Positions 6,753-9,448 of a stretch of 9,448 nucleotides of DNA are shown here, one piece after another (the stretch's first letter is position 1; each line of letters begins with the position of its first letter). The translations under genes and the position numbers were made by a program. Origin of the DNA: a virus (Duplodnaviria; Heunggongvirae; Uroviricota; Caudoviricetes). The notes under the pieces were generated by a model. It was not told the DNA's origin. It was given only the letters and a program-made list of their open reading frames with translations, and did no database searches. The stretch lies in the IMG/VR virus record IMGVR_UViG_2579778821_000001; one strand, 5' to 3'.

Positions 6753-7192
6753 ACTTTGCCCTCAGACTGGCGCGTGAGATGGGGAGACCCGACTGGCGCG
6801 CCATGCTTGCCGGGATGACATCCACCGAATATGCCGACTGGCACCGTTTTTACCGCACGCATTATTTTCAGGATACCCAGCTGGATATGCATTTTTCCGG
6901 GCTGACGTACGCTGTACTCAGCCTGTTTTTTTGCGATCCGGATATGCATCCCTCTGATTTCAGTCTGCTTGTCCCCCGGCATGAGGAAGAGCAGGTGGAG
7001 AGGCCGGATGAGGACAAAATGCTGATGCAGAAAGCGGCAGGACTTGCCGGAGGCGTCCGGTTCGGTGGGGACGGAGGGCGCGATATTTTATCGTCTGCGG
7101 ATGTGGCGGATGTCATGGTGGATGATGCCGCATTAATGATGGCTTCAGCGGGGATTCCGGGAGGTGTGAGATATGTCCCAGCCGGTTGGTGA
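6321..7192 (+). CDS. T: Tail assembly chaperone G-T fusion, produced by -1 frameshift at 6728-6734 (T portion 6734..7192)
   Basis: The T-frame translation ...KVFDGELNFALRLAREMGRPDWRAMLAGMTSTEYADWHRFYRTHYF...DMHFSGLTY.VLSLFF.DPDMHP.DFSLL...LMQKAAGLAGGVRFG matches the lambda gpT region from memory. The T frame has no plausible independent RBS and start before 6779, consistent with expression only as a G-T fusion. Confidence 0.8.
6728..6734 (+). other. Programmed -1 ribosomal frameshift slippery heptamer G_GGA_AAG (G to G-T fusion)
   Basis: GGGAAAG at 6728-6734, with GGA and AAG as zero-frame codons of G (...F S A G K). The -1 frame from 6728 (GGG AAA GTC TTC GAC GGC GAG CTG AAC TTT GCC...) is open to the T stop at 7190-7192. 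The heptamer and its position match the lambda G/G-T frameshift. Confidence 0.8.
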
Positions 7193-9448
7193 TCTTGTTA
7201 TTGACCTGAGTCTGGATGCTGTCCGTTTCGATGAGCAGATGAGCCGGGTAAGGCGTCATTTTTCAGGTCTGGATACCGACGCCAGAAAAACCGCCAGTGC
7301 TGTTGAACAGGGCCTGAGCCGCCAGGCGCTGGCTGCACAAAAAGCCGGGATTTCCGTCGGGCAGTATAAAGCGGCCATGCGAACCCTGCCCGCACAGTTT
7401 ACGGATATCGCCACGCAGCTTGCCGGTGGTCAGAATCCCTGGTTGATCCTGCTGCAACAGGGCGGTCAGGTGAAGGACTCCTTCGGCGGGATGATCCCCA
7501 TGTTCAGGGGGCTTGCCGGTGCGATCACCCTGCCGATGGTCGGGGTCACCTCGCTGGCGGTGGCGACAGGTGCGCTGGCGTACGCCTGGTACCAGGGCGA
7601 CGCCACGCTTTCAGAATTTAATAAAACGCTGGTCCTTTCCGGCAATCAGGCCGGACTGACTGCCGATCGTATGCTGACGCTCTCAAGAGCCGGGCAGGCA
7701 GCAGGGCTGACGTTTAACCAGGCGAGAGAGTCACTGGCAGCCCTGGTGAATGCCGGTGTGCGTGGTGGTGAACAGTTTGATGCCATCAACCAGAGTGTCG
7801 CGCGTTTTGCGTCTGCATCCGGTGTGGAGGTGGATAAAGTCGCTGAAGCCTTCGGGAAGCTGACCACTGACCCGACGTCGGGACTGATGGCGATGGCGCG
7901 CCAGTTCCGTAACGTGACGGCAGAGCAGATTGCGTATGTTGCACAGCTGCAGCGTTCCGGAGACGAGGCCGGGGCATTGCAGGCGGCGAACGATATCGCC
8001 ACGAAAGGCTTTGATGAGCAGACCCGTCGCCTGAAAGAAAACATGGGAACACTGGAGACCTGGGCGGATAAAACAGGGAAGGCATTCAAATCGATGTGGG
8101 ATGCCATTCTGGATATCGGTCGTCCGGAATCCTCAGCGGATATGCTCGCCAGTGCGCAGAGGGCATTTGATGAGGCGGATAAAAAATGGCAGTGGTACCA
8201 GAGCCGGAGCCAGCGCCGGGGAAAGACCTCCTCTTTTCGTGCGAACCTTCAGGGGGCATGGGATGACCGGGAAAATGCCCGTCTGGGTCTGGCAGCGGCC
8301 ACGCTGCAGTCGGATATGGAAAAAGCCGGTGAACTGGCGGCAAGGGACAGGGCTGAGCGTGAGTCGTCACAGCTGAAGTATACCGGAGAGGCGCAGAAGG
8401 CGTATGAGCGCCTGCAGACGCCGCTGGATAAATATACCGCCCGTCAGAAAGAGCTGAATAAGGCCCTGAAAGACGGAAAAATCCTGCAGGCGGATTACAA
8501 CACGCTGATGGCGTCGGCAAAAAAGGATTATGAATCGACGCTGAAAAAGCCGTCAGGTGTGAAGGTGTCTGCCGGTGAGCGCCAGGAAGACCGGGCGCAT
8601 GCAGCCCTGCTGGCGCTTGAAACCGAGCTCAGGACGCTGGAAAAACACAGCGGTGTGAATGAGAAAATCAGCCAGCAGCGCCGGGATTTATGGGAAGCGG
8701 AAAGTCAGTATGTGGTCCTGAAAGAGGCCGCCACGAAACGGCAGTTATCTGAGCAGGAAAAATCCCTGCTGGCTCATGAGAAAGAGACGCTGGAGTACAA
8801 ACGCCAGCTGGCTGAGCTGGGAGACAAGATTGAACACCAGAAGCGGCTGAATGAGCTGGCACAGCAGGCGGCGCGGTTTGAACAGCAGCAAAGCGCGAAG
8901 CAGGCGGCAATCAGCGCAAAAGCCCGCGGCCTCACCGACCGTCAGGCGCAGCGGGAGTCGGAAGAGCAGCGCCTTCGTGAGGTGTACGGTGATAATCCGG
9001 CTGCGCTGGCGAAGGCCACATCGGCACTGAAGAACACCTGGTCTGCGGAGGAGCAGCTTCGTGGAAGCTGGATGGCCGGGATGAAGTCCGGCTGGGGAGT
9101 GTGGGCGGAAAGTGCGACGGACAGTTTTTCGCAGGTTAAAAGTGTGGCCACGCAGACCTTTGACGGTATTGCACAGAATATGGCGGCGATGCTGACCGGC
9201 AGCGAACAGAACTGGCGGGGGTTCACCCGTTCCGTGCTGTCCATGATGACAGAAATTCTGCTTAAGCAGGCAATGGTGGGGATTGTCGGGAGTATCGGCA
9301 GCGCCATTGGCGGGGCTGTTGGTGGCGGCGCATCCGCGTCAGGCGGTACAGCCATTCAGGCCGCTGCGGCGAAATTCCATTTTGCAACCGGAGGATTTAC
9401 GGGAACCGGCGGCAAATATGAGCCAGCGGGGATTGTTCACCGTGGTGA
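7173..9448 (+). CDS. H: Tail tape measure protein (lambda gpH family), 3'-truncated by window end
   Basis: ATG 7173 with SD GGGAGGTG (7160-7167); overlaps the T stop. The translation MSQPVGDLVIDLSLDAVRFDEQMSRVRRHF...AQKAGISVGQYKAAMR.LPAQFTD.ATQLAGGQNPWLILLQQGGQVKDSFGGMIPMFRGLAGAITLPMVG...ILLKQAMVGIVGSIGSAIGGAVGGGASASGGTAIQAAAAKFHFATGGFTGTGGKYEPAGIVHRG is collinear with lambda gpH from memory. The frame is open to the last base of the window. It is absent from the ORF track only because no stop lies within the window. Confidence 0.93.
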   Translation, partial: MSQPVGDLVIDLSLDAVRFDEQMSRVRRHFSGLDTDARKTASAVEQGLSRQALAAQKAGISVGQYKAAMRTLPAQFTDIATQLAGGQNPWLILLQQGGQVKDSFGGMIPMFRGLAGAITLPMVGVTSLAVATGALAYAWYQGDATLSEFNKTLVLSGNQAGLTADRMLTLSRAGQAAGLTFNQARESLAALVNAGVRGGEQFDAINQSVARFASASGVEVDKVAEAFGKLTTDPTSGLMAMARQFRNVTAEQIAYVAQLQRSGDEAGALQAANDIATKGFDEQTRRLKENMGTLETWADKTGKAFKSMWDAILDIGRPESSADMLASAQRAFDEADKKWQWYQSRSQRRGKTSSFRANLQGAWDDRENARLGLAAATLQSDMEKAGELAARDRAERESSQLKYTGEAQKAYERLQTPLDKYTARQKELNKALKDGKILQADYNTLMASAKKDYESTLKKPSGVKVSAGERQEDRAHAALLALETELRTLEKHSGVNEKISQQRRDLWEAESQYVVLKEAATKRQLSEQEKSLLAHEKETLEYKRQLAELGDKIEHQKRLNELAQQAARFEQQQSAKQAAISAKARGLTDRQAQRESEEQRLREVYGDNPAALAKATSALKNTWSAEEQLRGSWMAGMKSGWGVWAESATDSFSQVKSVATQTFDGIAQNMAAMLTGSEQNWRGFTRSVLSMMTEILLKQAMVGIVGSIGSAIGGAVGGGASASGGTAIQAAAAKFHFATGGFTGTGGKYEPAGIVHRG

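Noticed and set aside
5648-6982. 444-aa ORF on the minus strand spanning the V, G and T genes
   Set aside because: It is entirely antisense to three + strand genes with strong, collinear similarity to lambda V, G and T. Its translation is low-complexity and Arg/Cys/Ser-rich with no recognisable motifs. A long antisense ORF is expected by chance in GC-rich coding DNA.
7646-9355. Several minus-strand ORFs (7646-8107, 7786-8085, 8086-8520, 8668-8910, 8942-9355)
   Set aside because: All lie antisense to the tape measure gene H, whose + strand frame is open and lambda-H-like across the whole region. The translations are Pro/Ala/Ser-rich antisense artefacts.
1-9448. CRISPR arrays, tRNA or other structured RNA genes, insertion sequences, integrase or att sites
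   Set aside because: No short direct repeats with regular spacers, no cloverleaf-compatible segments in the tiny intergenic spacers, and no terminal inverted repeats or transposase-like ORFs. The whole window is occupied by structural genes.

Overview
This window is a contiguous, co-directional (+ strand) late morphogenesis module of a lambda-like (lambdoid) siphovirus or prophage, probably from an enterobacterial host. Gene order matches phage lambda B-C/Nu3-D-E-FI-FII-Z-U-V-G/T-H: portal 3' end, prohead protease with a nested scaffold, decoration protein, major capsid protein, a disrupted FI-like packaging gene, head-tail joining FII, tail completion Z, tail terminator U, major tail protein V, tail assembly chaperones G and G-T (conserved -1 slippery heptamer), and the 5' ~2.3 kb of tape measure gene H, which runs off the window end and so is missing from the ORF track. 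Assignments rest on my own translation and on protein sequences recalled from memory, not on a database search. Genes are tightly packed with overlapping or near-abutting stops and starts, and there is no room for a cargo or moron insertion. I do not see a novel defence or accessory system here. The points worth a second look are the frame-disrupted FI homolog whose C-terminal part runs in frame into FII, a three-fold tandem repeat module in the scaffold domain, a perfect 22-nt palindrome between D and E, and an intrinsic terminator immediately after E. All minus-strand ORFs in the track appear to be antisense artefacts.
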